From an uncultured bacterium (GTDB lineage: Bacteria; Patescibacteriota; Minisyncoccia; Moranbacterales; UBA2206): 48,813 bases of DNA. The notes under the pieces were generated by a model. It was not told the DNA's origin. It did not search any database and worked only from the letters and a program-made list of their open reading frames with translations. Position numbers and translations under genes: made by a program. The stretch spans positions 1-48,813 of the forward strand of contig CAIMIV010000019.1 of the NCBI GenBank assembly GCA_903841185.1, in the 5' to 3' direction. Shown piece after piece: positions 35,665 to 44,292 of the stretch. Numbering within the stretch: the stretch's first letter is position 1; each line of letters begins with the position of its first letter.

Positions 35665-36624
35665 TTATTTTAATATAATGCCGATAAAATTCTTGTAACC
35701 ATTGAGAAATTGAGTTGCCGTTACGCTAGTCTTGCCCTCCAGTTGCAATTGGTGAATCACGATGGCGCCGGTGTCCGCCTTCACGCACAAGGCATTTTCC
35801 TGTAAAAAAGCTTCCCCATTTTGATAGAGTGAAAAATCTCCGGCCAAGTAACTTATCTCGTGTAATTTAATTCTTTTACTTTGTCCTTGGTTTTCCCAAA
35901 TAGTGTAGATGCCCGGCCAACCGGCTAAGGCGCGAAATCTATTATAAATGGTTTTTCCATCCTCGCTCCAACGGATTTGACCATCCTCCCGGCGAATGAG
36001 TTTGCAATAGGAGGCTTGAGTGGCATCTTGTTTTTGCGGCACAATTTGGTTTTGCAAAAAGTCAGCCAGCGTTTCCAGAAGCAGGGCAGCGGAAAAATCA
36101 GCCAGTCGGCGACTGAGCTCGACATAAGTTTCCGCTGTGTCGATAGCTAGCTCTTTTTGACGCAAAATATCGCCCGTGTCCACGCCGGCATCCATCAGCA
36201 TAACGGTGGAACCGGTGACAGTTTCGCCGTTCAGAAGGGCATTTTGAATCGGGGAGGGTCCGCGAAATTTTGGCAAAAGAGATGGGTGAATATTGATTGC
36301 TCCCAGAGGCGGAGTAGCTAGAAAAGCGGCGGGAAGAATTTTTCCGTAGGCAACCAAAATAACCAGGTCAATTTCAAATTGCTGGAGCAAGTCCATCGCT
36401 TCCGCATCAATTTTCTGCGGAGTGAAAACAGGGATATTTTCCTTTTCGCAAAAAATTTTCACCGGAGTTTTCTCCAAGATTTTTTTGCGACCCACGGCCT
36501 TGTCATCTTGCGAAAAGGCCAAAACAATAGGGTAATTATTTTTCACCAGCGCCTCCAAGATAACCACGGAAAAAGCGGGGGTGCCCATAAAAGCGATGCG
36601 TAAATTTTCTTTCTTTTTTTGCAT
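35665..36624 (-). CDS. fmt: Methionyl-tRNA formyltransferase
   Basis: LRIAFMGTPAFSV and NIHPSLLPKFRGPSPIQ. Confidence 0.93.
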   Translation of the reverse strand: MQKKKENLRIAFMGTPAFSVVILEALVKNNYPIVLAFSQDDKAVGRKKILEKTPVKIFCEKENIPVFTPQKIDAEAMDLLQQFEIDLVILVAYGKILPAAFLATPPLGAINIHPSLLPKFRGPSPIQNALLNGETVTGSTVMLMDAGVDTGDILRQKELAIDTAETYVELSRRLADFSAALLLETLADFLQNQIVPQKQDATQASYCKLIRREDGQIRWSEDGKTIYNRFRALAGWPGIYTIWENQGQSKRIKLHEISYLAGDFSLYQNGEAFLQENALCVKADTGAIVIHQLQLEGKTSVTATQFLNGYKNFIGIILK

Positions 36625-36634
36625 AATAACTAAT

Positions 36635-37105
36635 CTAGACCAGGCTTTTTATTTTTTTACTTTTATTGACTCTTTCAATGAAAACGATTCCATCCAGATG
36701 ATCGATTTCGTGTTGCAAAGCTCGCGCCAGCAGTCCTTTGGTTTTGAGGGTCACTTCCATTCCCAGTTCATTGAGTGCCTTGACGCGCACTTGCTCCGGT
36801 CTTTGAATGGCAATAAATTTTTCCGGAAAAGACAGGCAACCTTCAATATCCGTTTCTTTCTTGCGAGAAGAATAGGTGACGCGAGGATTGACTAGAATGT
36901 AAGTGATTTCTTCCACGCGGATAACGCACAAGCGCAAAGATTGTCCTATTTGAGGAGCCGCTAGACCGACACCGTTATTCTGCTCCATGGTTTCCAGCAT
37001 GTCCTTGATTAGTTTTTGCAAGATCGGTTTTTTCACATCTAAAACAGGCTGCGTCACTTGGCGCAGAATGGGATTGGGATAGGTTATGATAGGTAGTTTA
37101 GCCAT
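36635..37105 (-). CDS. def: Peptide deformylase
   Basis: The three motifs GVGLAAPQIG, EGCLSFP and HEIDHLDG. Confidence 0.93.
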   Translation of the reverse strand: MAKLPIITYPNPILRQVTQPVLDVKKPILQKLIKDMLETMEQNNGVGLAAPQIGQSLRLCVIRVEEITYILVNPRVTYSSRKKETDIEGCLSFPEKFIAIQRPEQVRVKALNELGMEVTLKTKGLLARALQHEIDHLDGIVFIERVNKSKKIKSLV

Positions 37106-37109
37106 AATT

Positions 37110-39152
37110 TTAGATGACGCTTATCGGATCAACATCAATCAGCCAGCCGGCTGGCAATGTCGTGAGAATGTCGCGTATAGCAGGGGATAAGGTTTTATTT
37201 TTTAATTTCAAAACGATTTGTTTGCGATAGCGACCACGCACATTCGGGATATAGCAGTCTTGCGGTTCAGTTACGCTGAGTTCAGAATTCTCTTGATCGG
37301 CTTCTAATTTCAGATAGAGTTGCTGGGTGTATGTTGCTACTTTGACCGAATCATAATCTTGAAACACAAGTTTGATGAGTTTGCCAAACGGTGGCAGGTG
37401 TAGGGCTTCTCTTTCCGCCATTTCTTTGGCAAAGAAAGCTTTGAAATCTCTGGCGACAATAGAGCTAAAAATTTCCTGAGTCGGGCGGTAGGTCTGAATC
37501 AGAACCATGCCCCGCCATTTCGCGTGCGGTCGATTGGATCTGCCCGCCACCTGCACGATGTTCTGGAAAGCCCGCACATTAGTGGAAAAATCAGGCAAAG
37601 AAAGCATATTGTCTGCATCAATGATACCAATTAAAGCCACATTTGGCAAATCCCAGCCCTTGGTCAACATTTGTGTGCCCACCAGGATATCAATCTTGCG
37701 TTCGGAAAAATCTCGATAGATTTTTTCCTGCGCCAGGGGCTGCTGCATGGTCTGATTGTCCACCCGGGCAATTTTGGCGTACGGAAAAAAACCGGCCACT
37801 TCTCTCTCGATTTTTTGGGTGCCCAAACCGACATTTTTAAATTCGATGCCTCCACACTTGGAGCATTTGGCGGTGATGGAAGTTTGGAATTGGCACTGGG
37901 TGCATTTATAGACGCCGCTGTTGTCATAGATCAAAGCTCGTTCGCAGGTCGGACAGCGCAGAACATTTTTGCATCCGGTGCACAGCGAAAAAGTGCTCAT
38001 CCCTTGGCGGTTAATAAACAAAATAATTTGCAATTTATTTTTCAGGGCATAGGCAATTTCACTCTGCAATTTTTTGGACAGGGGGGAGCTATTGATAATT
38101 TTCCCAAAAGGCCCGCCGGTTTTCCAGCGTTCTTTGCGCATGTCCACCAGTTCGATTTGCGGTCCGACATAATCTTTCTTCGGGGCGCCGGGAATTTCCA
38201 GGTGCGGAATTTCCACCAGGTGCGCTTCTCCGATGATCGTTTTGTGATAGGCTTCCAGACTGGGTGTGGCGGAACCAAAAATAAGCTGGCAATGATGCAA
38301 GGTGGCCAATTCTTCCGCCACTCGACGGGCATCATAGCGGGGAGTCATTTCCCATTGTTTGTGCGACATGTCCTGCTCCTCGTCCACCACGATCAATCCC
38401 AAATCTTTGAATGGCGCAAACACGGCCATGCGAGTGCCGATGATAATTTTGATTTCGCCGGAGCGAATTTTCTGCCATTGGGCATAGTAGGCGCCCTTGG
38501 CCAACTTGCTAGTGAACACGGCTATTTCGTGCTCAGCAAAATGTTTTCCGTAGCGTTCCACGGCCTGGGGGGTAAGGGTGAGTTCGGGTAGCAAAATGAG
38601 AGCTTGTTTTTTACCACACAGTTTTTTGATGGCCTCAATATACACTTCAGTTTTGCCTGCGCCGGCTGGACCATACAAAAGGAATTTTAAATTTTTAATT
38701 TTTAATTTTGAAATGATTGTAGTGACCGCTTGATTCTGTTTTTCAGTGAGGATTATCGGAGAAGCCTCAATCGCTGATTTATTTACAATCGGTTCTTTGG
38801 TTTTTTTCACGCGTGCTTTCACCCGCTTGGGAATGAAAGATTTGAGCACGATGCCTAGGGGAGAAAAATAGTATTGGGCAATGAAATCGGCCAATGCTAA
38901 TTGCTTGGTGTCGAGAAAGGATTCCTCTAAGATGGCGCTCACCGGGCGCAGTTCAATGTTGCCCAAGCGGGCAAAGTCCGGCTTGTGCGACAGCACCACG
39001 CCCTCCACGCTGCGTTTGAAAAGCGGCACGGATACCAAGGTTCCAGGGGCAATGGGGGTGTCGGACAAATAGGAAAAAGACTGATTCCGGGAAAGAGGAA
39101 TTCTGGTCAGAGGCGCCACTTCGATGATGTTTTTGGTTACTTTTTCAGTCAT
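37110..39152 (-). CDS. priA: Primosomal protein N-prime (replication restart helicase)
   Basis: Walker A GPAGAGKTEVY, DEEQD box, and Cys-rich zinc-binding insert CTGCKNVLRCPTCERALIYDNSGVYKCTQCQ...CSKCG. Confidence 0.93.
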   Translation of the reverse strand: MTEKVTKNIIEVAPLTRIPLSRNQSFSYLSDTPIAPGTLVSVPLFKRSVEGVVLSHKPDFARLGNIELRPVSAILEESFLDTKQLALADFIAQYYFSPLGIVLKSFIPKRVKARVKKTKEPIVNKSAIEASPIILTEKQNQAVTTIISKLKIKNLKFLLYGPAGAGKTEVYIEAIKKLCGKKQALILLPELTLTPQAVERYGKHFAEHEIAVFTSKLAKGAYYAQWQKIRSGEIKIIIGTRMAVFAPFKDLGLIVVDEEQDMSHKQWEMTPRYDARRVAEELATLHHCQLIFGSATPSLEAYHKTIIGEAHLVEIPHLEIPGAPKKDYVGPQIELVDMRKERWKTGGPFGKIINSSPLSKKLQSEIAYALKNKLQIILFINRQGMSTFSLCTGCKNVLRCPTCERALIYDNSGVYKCTQCQFQTSITAKCSKCGGIEFKNVGLGTQKIEREVAGFFPYAKIARVDNQTMQQPLAQEKIYRDFSERKIDILVGTQMLTKGWDLPNVALIGIIDADNMLSLPDFSTNVRAFQNIVQVAGRSNRPHAKWRGMVLIQTYRPTQEIFSSIVARDFKAFFAKEMAEREALHLPPFGKLIKLVFQDYDSVKVATYTQQLYLKLEADQENSELSVTEPQDCYIPNVRGRYRKQIVLKLKNKTLSPAIRDILTTLPAGWLIDVDPISVI

Positions 39153-39220
39153 ATCCTAAGCATACCACATATCCGCCCCAAACCAGTAGCGATATAACTG
39201 TTACACAGTAGCGACATAGC

Positions 39221-39249
39221 TTGACAAAACGCCATTCCGGTGCTATACT
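39221..39249 (+). promoter_or_regulatory. Promoter TTGACA-17-TATACT with TGc extended -10
   Basis: Preceded by the direct repeat CAGTAGCGA(T/C)ATA at 39184-39196 and 39206-39218. Confidence 0.5.
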
Positions 39250-39355
39250 AGCGCTAGAATAAAGATTATTTTACAGCCCACGACAGCTTTGGGAGAAAAT
39301 TTTCCCCAAGCTATAGCCGGCAAGTTCCTTGCAAATTCTACAGGAGGGCATCAAC

Positions 39356-39616
39356 ATGAATGGTATAATTTGTACACCGCCGATTATCGATGGCTGTAGT
39401 GGACGTCCTGCCGCCCACATGAATTTCATAGTCTGCTCATATCATCCTGATACCGAGGTAGTGGGATGTCGTCAGGGCGACAAAACATTTCATTGCGCTG
39501 ATGGATGCCCCTTTCCTTGTGATAGGAAGCTTATAAATTGTGACACTTCCTCTCATGAGCCAGGATGTTCTCAGTGCAATAGTGCAGATAAGCACTGGGG
39601 CAAGACATATTGTTAA
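39356..39616 (+). CDS. Cysteine/histidine-rich mini-protein (86 aa, 11 Cys)
   Basis: AGGAGG lies 7 nt before ATG 39356. Consensus promoter at 39221-39249 and a terminator after the stop. No signal peptide or TM. Confidence 0.55.
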   Translation: MNGIICTPPIIDGCSGRPAAHMNFIVCSYHPDTEVVGCRQGDKTFHCADGCPFPCDRKLINCDTSSHEPGCSQCNSADKHWGKTYC

Positions 39617-39652
39617 TATAAACAAGTTCCAGGGAACTTTCCAACATCCCTG

Positions 39653-39681
39653 CCGTCTCGGAAAAATGAGGCGGTTTTTTT
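39653..39681 (+). terminator. Terminator after Cys-rich ORF 1
   Basis: CCGTCTCG-GAAAAA-TGAGGCGG followed by a T7 run (includes G-U pairs). Confidence 0.55.
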
Positions 39682-40042
39682 ATTAATCAAAAAAACAACC
39701 TGCCAACAAAAATAAGCCTTCTATAGCTAGGTTGGATCCATCCAACTCACGGTATAGAACCGTTTTTCACTATGAGAAGACTTATTTCTATATACTAATA
39801 CCACGCTAGGGGAGATATTATTTCAACAACGTAGAAATTTTCAATTCACAATTTACAATAAATTTTCAATAACTTAATTTTCAAAATTCCCGCCTGTAAT
39901 GTATTTTTGAATTTTGCCCAGATGTTTGTTTGCGAAGAAGGGCAAAAAAGAGTAGGCTAGAAGTAGTTCTTTATTTAAACTTAGCTTTGGCAGAAAAACA
40001 AGTCATTAAAAATGCAGGTGAATATCAGACGTAAAGGAGAAA

Positions 40043-40285
40043 ATGATGGGAGATTGGGTTGTGAAATGTTCAGAATGTTTTTCGATCCACGGGTGCTCTG
40101 AAGGAGGCGTGGAAAGGGCTTGTGAAGGGTGCAAAGAAAGATGGTCTCATTGCAGACCCAATGAAAAAAATCTGCCTGAAGGTAAGCGTATCTGCAAGGA
40201 TTGCTTGACCGCTAAAAGCTCAATCGTTGGAGATAATGCCTTTGCGCGTCGACCAACAAGCCGGCCGGTCACACGGAGATATTAA
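40043..40285 (+). CDS. Cysteine-rich mini-protein (80 aa, three CxxC pairs, basic tail)
   Basis: AAGGAG SD. CxxC at residues 9/12, 27/30 and 51/54 plus C18 and C37. C-terminal ARRPTSRPVTRRY. Followed by a terminator. Confidence 0.55.
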   Translation: MMGDWVVKCSECFSIHGCSEGGVERACEGCKERWSHCRPNEKNLPEGKRICKDCLTAKSSIVGDNAFARRPTSRPVTRRY

Positions 40286-40337
40286 TTTTCAATGGATGCA
40301 AAAAAATCTCCAATGTAATCATCAAAATAACCTCTAC

Positions 40338-40363
40338 AGGACCGAAACCTCGGTCCTTTTTTC
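40338..40363 (+). terminator. Terminator after Cys-rich ORF 2
   Basis: AGGACCGA-AACC-TCGGTCCT followed by TTTTTT. Confidence 0.7.
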
Positions 40364-40398
40364 TTGGGCTGATAGTACATTTACTTACTATTTAACAC

Positions 40399-40426
40399 TT
40401 GCTATTTTAGGATGATTTGTTACAAT
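40399..40426 (+). promoter_or_regulatory. Promoter TTGCTA-16-TACAAT
   Basis: Upstream of membrane-protein gene 40513. Confidence 0.4.
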
Positions 40427-40512
40427 AAATAACCTGCTTTATCCGAGATCAAATGCCTGGAATGAAAGAATGCTGCCAATAATGGCGAAAAAACCAGAAG
40501 GGGGTGTGCGCT

Positions 40513-40971
40513 ATGACTGATAATTGCGAAGGAACGGGTATTAAGGGGTTCTTTAAAAATGAATTGGATGAATTTATTAAAGCATTGGGGGAAATATTTT
40601 ATATTGTCAAAGTGCTAATTATTACTGGTCTGACGCTTTATGGCATATATACGATGCTGCCTATGGATATGCAAACAGCATTAATCGGGATTTCTCAAAA
40701 AATAATACAGAACAGCCATTATTATTATGTGATGGCATATGTATTTATGTTGAAATTTTTGATCTCGGTGTTTTTATGGATAATCTTTTCAGGGATTTTT
40801 TTATCAATCGCTGGAGATCCGCTGCGTAATCTGCGTGATTCCAATAAGGCGCTTTATCGTATATGCGTATTATTGATTGTTATGCCTCTTGGATGCGTCG
40901 CTTATGTTATCGTGCATGAAAGCAAATCTGTTGATGCATTGGTGTCGACGATAATGCACATCTTGCCATAG
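40513..40971 (+). CDS. Hypothetical polytopic membrane protein
   Basis: AAGGGGG SD before ATG 40513, about four hydrophobic helices, own promoter and terminator. Confidence 0.55.
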   Translation: MTDNCEGTGIKGFFKNELDEFIKALGEIFYIVKVLIITGLTLYGIYTMLPMDMQTALIGISQKIIQNSHYYYVMAYVFMLKFLISVFLWIIFSGIFLSIAGDPLRNLRDSNKALYRICVLLIVMPLGCVAYVIVHESKSVDALVSTIMHILP

Positions 40972-41002
40972 GAAACAGCTAAAATTATCCGATGTTGCAA
41001 AA

Positions 41003-41044
41003 AAAGGAGATTTGGTTATAAACCGGAACTCCTTTTCTTTTTTT
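41003..41044 (+). terminator. Terminator after membrane-protein gene 40513-40971
   Basis: AAAGGAG...CTCCTTT imperfect hairpin followed by a T-rich run. Confidence 0.5.
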
Positions 41045-41058
41045 GATATTTAGCTAGC

Positions 41059-41087
41059 TTGAATAATACGGGAAATGGTGGGATAAT
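41059..41087 (+). promoter_or_regulatory. Promoter TTGAAT-17-GATAAT
   Basis: Upstream of the 2-TM / CYTH gene pair. Confidence 0.4.
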
Positions 41088-41140
41088 GGATATATATTAA
41101 AGATTGAAAGCCTGCCAGCCGACAGGCGGGGAATAAACTT

Positions 41141-41398
41141 ATGAACATCGAAAAAGAAATTGGGATTATACAAGAGCGCAACAGGCGAGTGGAATCTGAC
41201 AAGTGTTGGGAGGTCAGTTGGACGCGGAAACTTTTCATCGCGGCGGTAACCTATGGCATCGCCCTGTGGTGGATGACCAGCATCGGCGAAACTTCCGCCT
41301 ATCTGAAAGCCGTAGTACCAACCGGCGGCTATCTGCTTTCCACGCTGTCTCTCCCGTTTATCAAAAGATGGTGGATTAGCAAATTTTTGGAGAAATAG
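41141..41398 (+). CDS. Small 2-TM membrane protein
   Basis: 85 aa. An N-terminal charged helix (ERNRRVESDKCWEVSWTRK), then two TM helices. A 40-nt gap separates it from the CYTH gene, with no terminator between them. Confidence 0.55.
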   Translation: MNIEKEIGIIQERNRRVESDKCWEVSWTRKLFIAAVTYGIALWWMTSIGETSAYLKAVVPTGGYLLSTLSLPFIKRWWISKFLEK

Positions 41399-41438
41399 CA
41401 TTAAAAAAATAGTTTCTAAATAAAATAATCCTAACAAA

Positions 41439-41963
41439 ATGCAAGAAATTGAATTAGAAAAAACTTATTTGGCAAAATTTATTCCAGAAGGCGCTCTGGA
41501 ATGTGAAAGTCGGGAAATCCTGGATCTGTATATTCCGGCAACAGTTCCACATCCCGTTTTGAGACTCAGAAAGAAAGGGGAGAAATTCGAAATCACCAAA
41601 AAACAGCCAGTTTCTGAAAATGATTCATCCGAGCAGACCGAAGACACGATTGTTCTTTCGGCAGAAGAATTCAACGCACTTACCAAAGTTAACTCAAAAA
41701 AAGTTCACAAAATCAGATATCTTTTTAACTACGGAGAAAATCTCGCTGAAATTGATGTTTTTCAGGATGAACTCGCAGGCTTGGTTGTTGTAGATTTTGA
41801 ATTCAAGACGGTTGCGGAGAAAGATTCTTTTCCAATGCCGGACTTCTGCTTGGCAGACGTAACGCAGGAAAAGTTTACTGCCGGTGGAATGTTGTGTGGC
41901 AAGAACTATGCCGATATCGAGCTATCCTTGCAAAAATATGGGTATAATAAAATCCTAAACTAG
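41439..41963 (+). CDS. CYTH-domain protein (triphosphate tunnel metalloenzyme / class IV cyclase-like)
   Basis: N-terminal EIELEK resembles the CYTH ExExK signature. KIRYLF...AEIDVFQDELAGLVVVDFEF...VTQEKFTAG matches YjbK/CyaB-like CYTH proteins. Confidence 0.75.
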   Translation: MQEIELEKTYLAKFIPEGALECESREILDLYIPATVPHPVLRLRKKGEKFEITKKQPVSENDSSEQTEDTIVLSAEEFNALTKVNSKKVHKIRYLFNYGENLAEIDVFQDELAGLVVVDFEFKTVAEKDSFPMPDFCLADVTQEKFTAGGMLCGKNYADIELSLQKYGYNKILN

Positions 41964-42080
41964 ACTGATACTTCTGCATTCTGCCCCAGAAGCATATCGC
42001 TACGGGGTAAACCCTGATAGCATAATGCAACAGGGTAAACAGAAAGCCAGAATTTGTTAATTGCAATAATTACTTACATA

Positions 42081-42359
42081 ATGCAAATCAAAAAAACAAT
42101 CTATATTTTATTGACCATGCTCTTGGGATTGTTGCTGGCGGAGATTGGACATTGGCTGATTGAAATCTGGTGGGTGAAGCAGCTTATTCTATCCGGCTTC
42201 ATACCTAGGGAATATGTTTTTCTCAGCACGCATTGTTTTCTCCCGCCCTATTTGCAATTGGGTCTTTTGGCGCTCGGCTTGATCGGTGGCTACTTCCTTG
42301 GTCAAACTTGGTGGCGGATTGTCTATGTTGAACACCGACATTGGAAAAGACGGAAATAA
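42081..42359 (+). CDS. Hypothetical 2-TM membrane protein
   Basis: ATG 42081 is preferred over TTG 42054. Two hydrophobic helices and a basic C-terminus (HRHWKRRK). Confidence 0.45.
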   Translation: MQIKKTIYILLTMLLGLLLAEIGHWLIEIWWVKQLILSGFIPREYVFLSTHCFLPPYLQLGLLALGLIGGYFLGQTWWRIVYVEHRHWKRRK

Positions 42360-42383
42360 CTGAGTTATCCACAGGGCGGGAAG

Positions 42384-42422
42384 TGGACAACGATCTGTTA
42401 TAGTGGTACAATATCACTATAA
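42384..42422 (+). promoter_or_regulatory. Promoter TGGACA-17-TACAAT overlapped by the inverted repeat TTATAGTG-N9-CACTATAA
   Basis: The perfect 8-bp arms at 42398-42405 and 42415-42422 bracket the -10 hexamer (42407-42412), immediately upstream of the RhuM-Doc gene. Confidence 0.5.
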
Positions 42423-42440
42423 TCAACTAGCCAAAAAAAT

Positions 42441-43421
42441 ATGAGGAAACCACAAAAAAACAAAGGAGTAGTAATTTATCAGGCAAAATCTGGCGCCATT
42501 GAATTGAAGGGTGATTTTACGCATGAGACTATTTGGGCGACATTGGATCAAATCACTGATGTTTTTGGCCGTGACAAGTCGGTTGTTTCGCGCCATTTAA
42601 AAAATATTTTTAAGGAGGGCGAGTTATTGAGAAATTCAGTTGTTGCAAAAAATGCAACAACTGCCAGCGATGGCAAGATATATCAGGTAGAATATTATAG
42701 TCTGGATGCTATTATTTCGGTAGGCTATCGGGTTAATTCAAAAACTGCTACGGAGTTCCGCAAATGGGCGACAGGTATTTTAAAAGAGCATATTACGCAG
42801 GGCTATACTATCAATCGCAAACAGATCGTCAAGAATTATGATGTTTTTATGCAAACGGTTGCCAGTATCCAAAATCTTCTGCCAGAGCATGTCATGCTTG
42901 ATCCAAAAATGGTGCTAGAGCTTATCAAGGAATTTGCGAGCACTTGGGTAGCATTGGATGCGTATGACAAGGACACACTTAGCGCGATTGGGACTACGAA
43001 GAAATTAGTCAAATTATCAGGTGCGGAATTGGTTCAGGCGATAGGCGATCTTCGCGACGAGCTAATGAAAAAAGGCGAAGCATCTGACCTTTTCGCGCGA
43101 GAAAAAAGAGCTGGAAGCATCGAGGGCATTGTTGGAAATGTGATGCAATCTTTCGGCGGAAAGAATCTTTACGTGACGGCCGAAGAGAAGGCGGCACACT
43201 TGTTATATTTCATGGTCAAAAACCATCCCTTTGATGATGGCAACAAACGCTCGGGTGCTTTTGCTTTCGTGTGGTTTTTGCGAAAGATGAAAATAAAAGG
43301 CGTAAGAAATATAAATCCCAGTGCTCTTACCGCGCTTACTCTTTTAATTGCGGAAAGCCAGCCAAACAAAAAAAGTCAGATGACCGCGTTGGTCACAACG
43401 TTATTGTCAGCTAAAAAATAG
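42441..43421 (+). CDS. RhuM-like N-terminal domain fused to a Fic/Doc (death-on-curing type) domain
   Basis: The N-terminus (VVIYQAKSGAIELKGDFTHETIWATLDQITDVFGRDKSVVSRHLKNIFKEGEL...YYSLDAIISVGYRVNS...FRKWAT) matches the RhuM family. The C-terminus carries HPFDDGNKRSGAF, the Doc-type variant of the Fic motif. Confidence 0.8.
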   Translation: MRKPQKNKGVVIYQAKSGAIELKGDFTHETIWATLDQITDVFGRDKSVVSRHLKNIFKEGELLRNSVVAKNATTASDGKIYQVEYYSLDAIISVGYRVNSKTATEFRKWATGILKEHITQGYTINRKQIVKNYDVFMQTVASIQNLLPEHVMLDPKMVLELIKEFASTWVALDAYDKDTLSAIGTTKKLVKLSGAELVQAIGDLRDELMKKGEASDLFAREKRAGSIEGIVGNVMQSFGGKNLYVTAEEKAAHLLYFMVKNHPFDDGNKRSGAFAFVWFLRKMKIKGVRNINPSALTALTLLIAESQPNKKSQMTALVTTLLSAKK

Positions 43422-43451
43422 TCTAGCTGCAAAAAAAAATAGCCACCTACA

Positions 43452-43481
43452 AAAACACCGTGCAAGCGGTGTTTTTGTTTT
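43452..43481 (+). terminator. Terminator after the RhuM-Doc gene
   Basis: AAACACCG-TGCAAG-CGGTGTTT followed by TTGTTTT. Confidence 0.65.
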
Positions 43482-43510
43482 AGGGGCGTAGTTATGCCAT
43501 TTTTCTTCCA

Positions 43511-43539
43511 TTGATTTCCTATTCATTCCGTGCTAATAT
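43511..43539 (+). promoter_or_regulatory. Promoter TTGATT-17-TAATAT with TGc extended -10
   Basis: Upstream of ORF 43628. Confidence 0.4.
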
Positions 43540-43627
43540 GTAAAGTCGCATTAGGCGATAGGTTTTTCAATCAATGAGGGTTATTGGATCCTTAAAAACA
43601 GAATAAAATTTGAAGCGAGGTGAGATT

Positions 43628-44191
43628 ATGAGAGAGTCAATCAGTTATCTTTTAGGTGTGCTGGGAAGTCTGAGTATTGCAACTTGGGTGATGACCATCC
43701 TTTTGGCGCTCACAATAGGCTTGGCGATGTATGCCCGTTATCTGCGTAAAAAATTTAATGACATTTGGGAGCAAAAACGGTGCTCATTTATATACACCTG
43801 CAAGAATAGAGGAGTTAGTATCGCCAATCTATTGATAAAGCTCGTTATGCTTTCTGCCGATAAAAATTTGGCACTGGCATTGGGAAAAATTCAGCAGAGA
43901 GTGGATGATCTGACTAACGGCTTACTTGATGAATTTCCTCAAATCATCGAAAGAGTGAAGGCCAACGGTAAAATACAAATAACAGACGATGAGTATAAAG
44001 AATTATTCAATGATGTAACAATGGCCGTTAATGTAGTGATTGAATCTAAAAAGGTTGGGGATCTATATGATTTTTATGATCTTGCCGTGGATATTGATAA
44101 CTCAGATAAAAAATTAAGAAAAGCTGTTGATTTTCTGGAAGGTCGCCTCGCTGAGCTCAAACCCAAGGAACAAAGCAAGTGCGTTGGTTAA
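43628..44191 (+). CDS. Hypothetical signal-anchored protein
   Basis: GAGGTGA SD before ATG 43628, one TM helix (LGVLGSLSIATWVMTILLALTIGLAMY), own promoter and a strong terminator. Confidence 0.5.
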   Translation: MRESISYLLGVLGSLSIATWVMTILLALTIGLAMYARYLRKKFNDIWEQKRCSFIYTCKNRGVSIANLLIKLVMLSADKNLALALGKIQQRVDDLTNGLLDEFPQIIERVKANGKIQITDDEYKELFNDVTMAVNVVIESKKVGDLYDFYDLAVDIDNSDKKLRKAVDFLEGRLAELKPKEQSKCVG

Positions 44192-44199
44192 ATGTGGTT

Positions 44200-44245
44200 A
44201 GAAGGTTTTCTGATAAGAATTATCAGAAAACCTTCTTTTATTTTT
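44200..44245 (+). terminator. Strong rho-independent terminator
   Basis: AGAAGGTTTTCTGATAA-GAA-TTATCAGAAAACCTTCT followed by TTTATTTTT. Confidence 0.8.
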
Positions 44246-44292
44246 GAAAACATAAAGTCAGCAACGGTCCAAGTGTCCTCAGGGAGGTTTAG

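Noticed and set aside
37671-38591. 306-aa plus-strand ORF
   Set aside because: It lies entirely antisense to priA, whose helicase and zinc-finger motifs are unambiguous. Its sequence is low-complexity (G/F/A-rich) with no motifs, typical of a shadow ORF.
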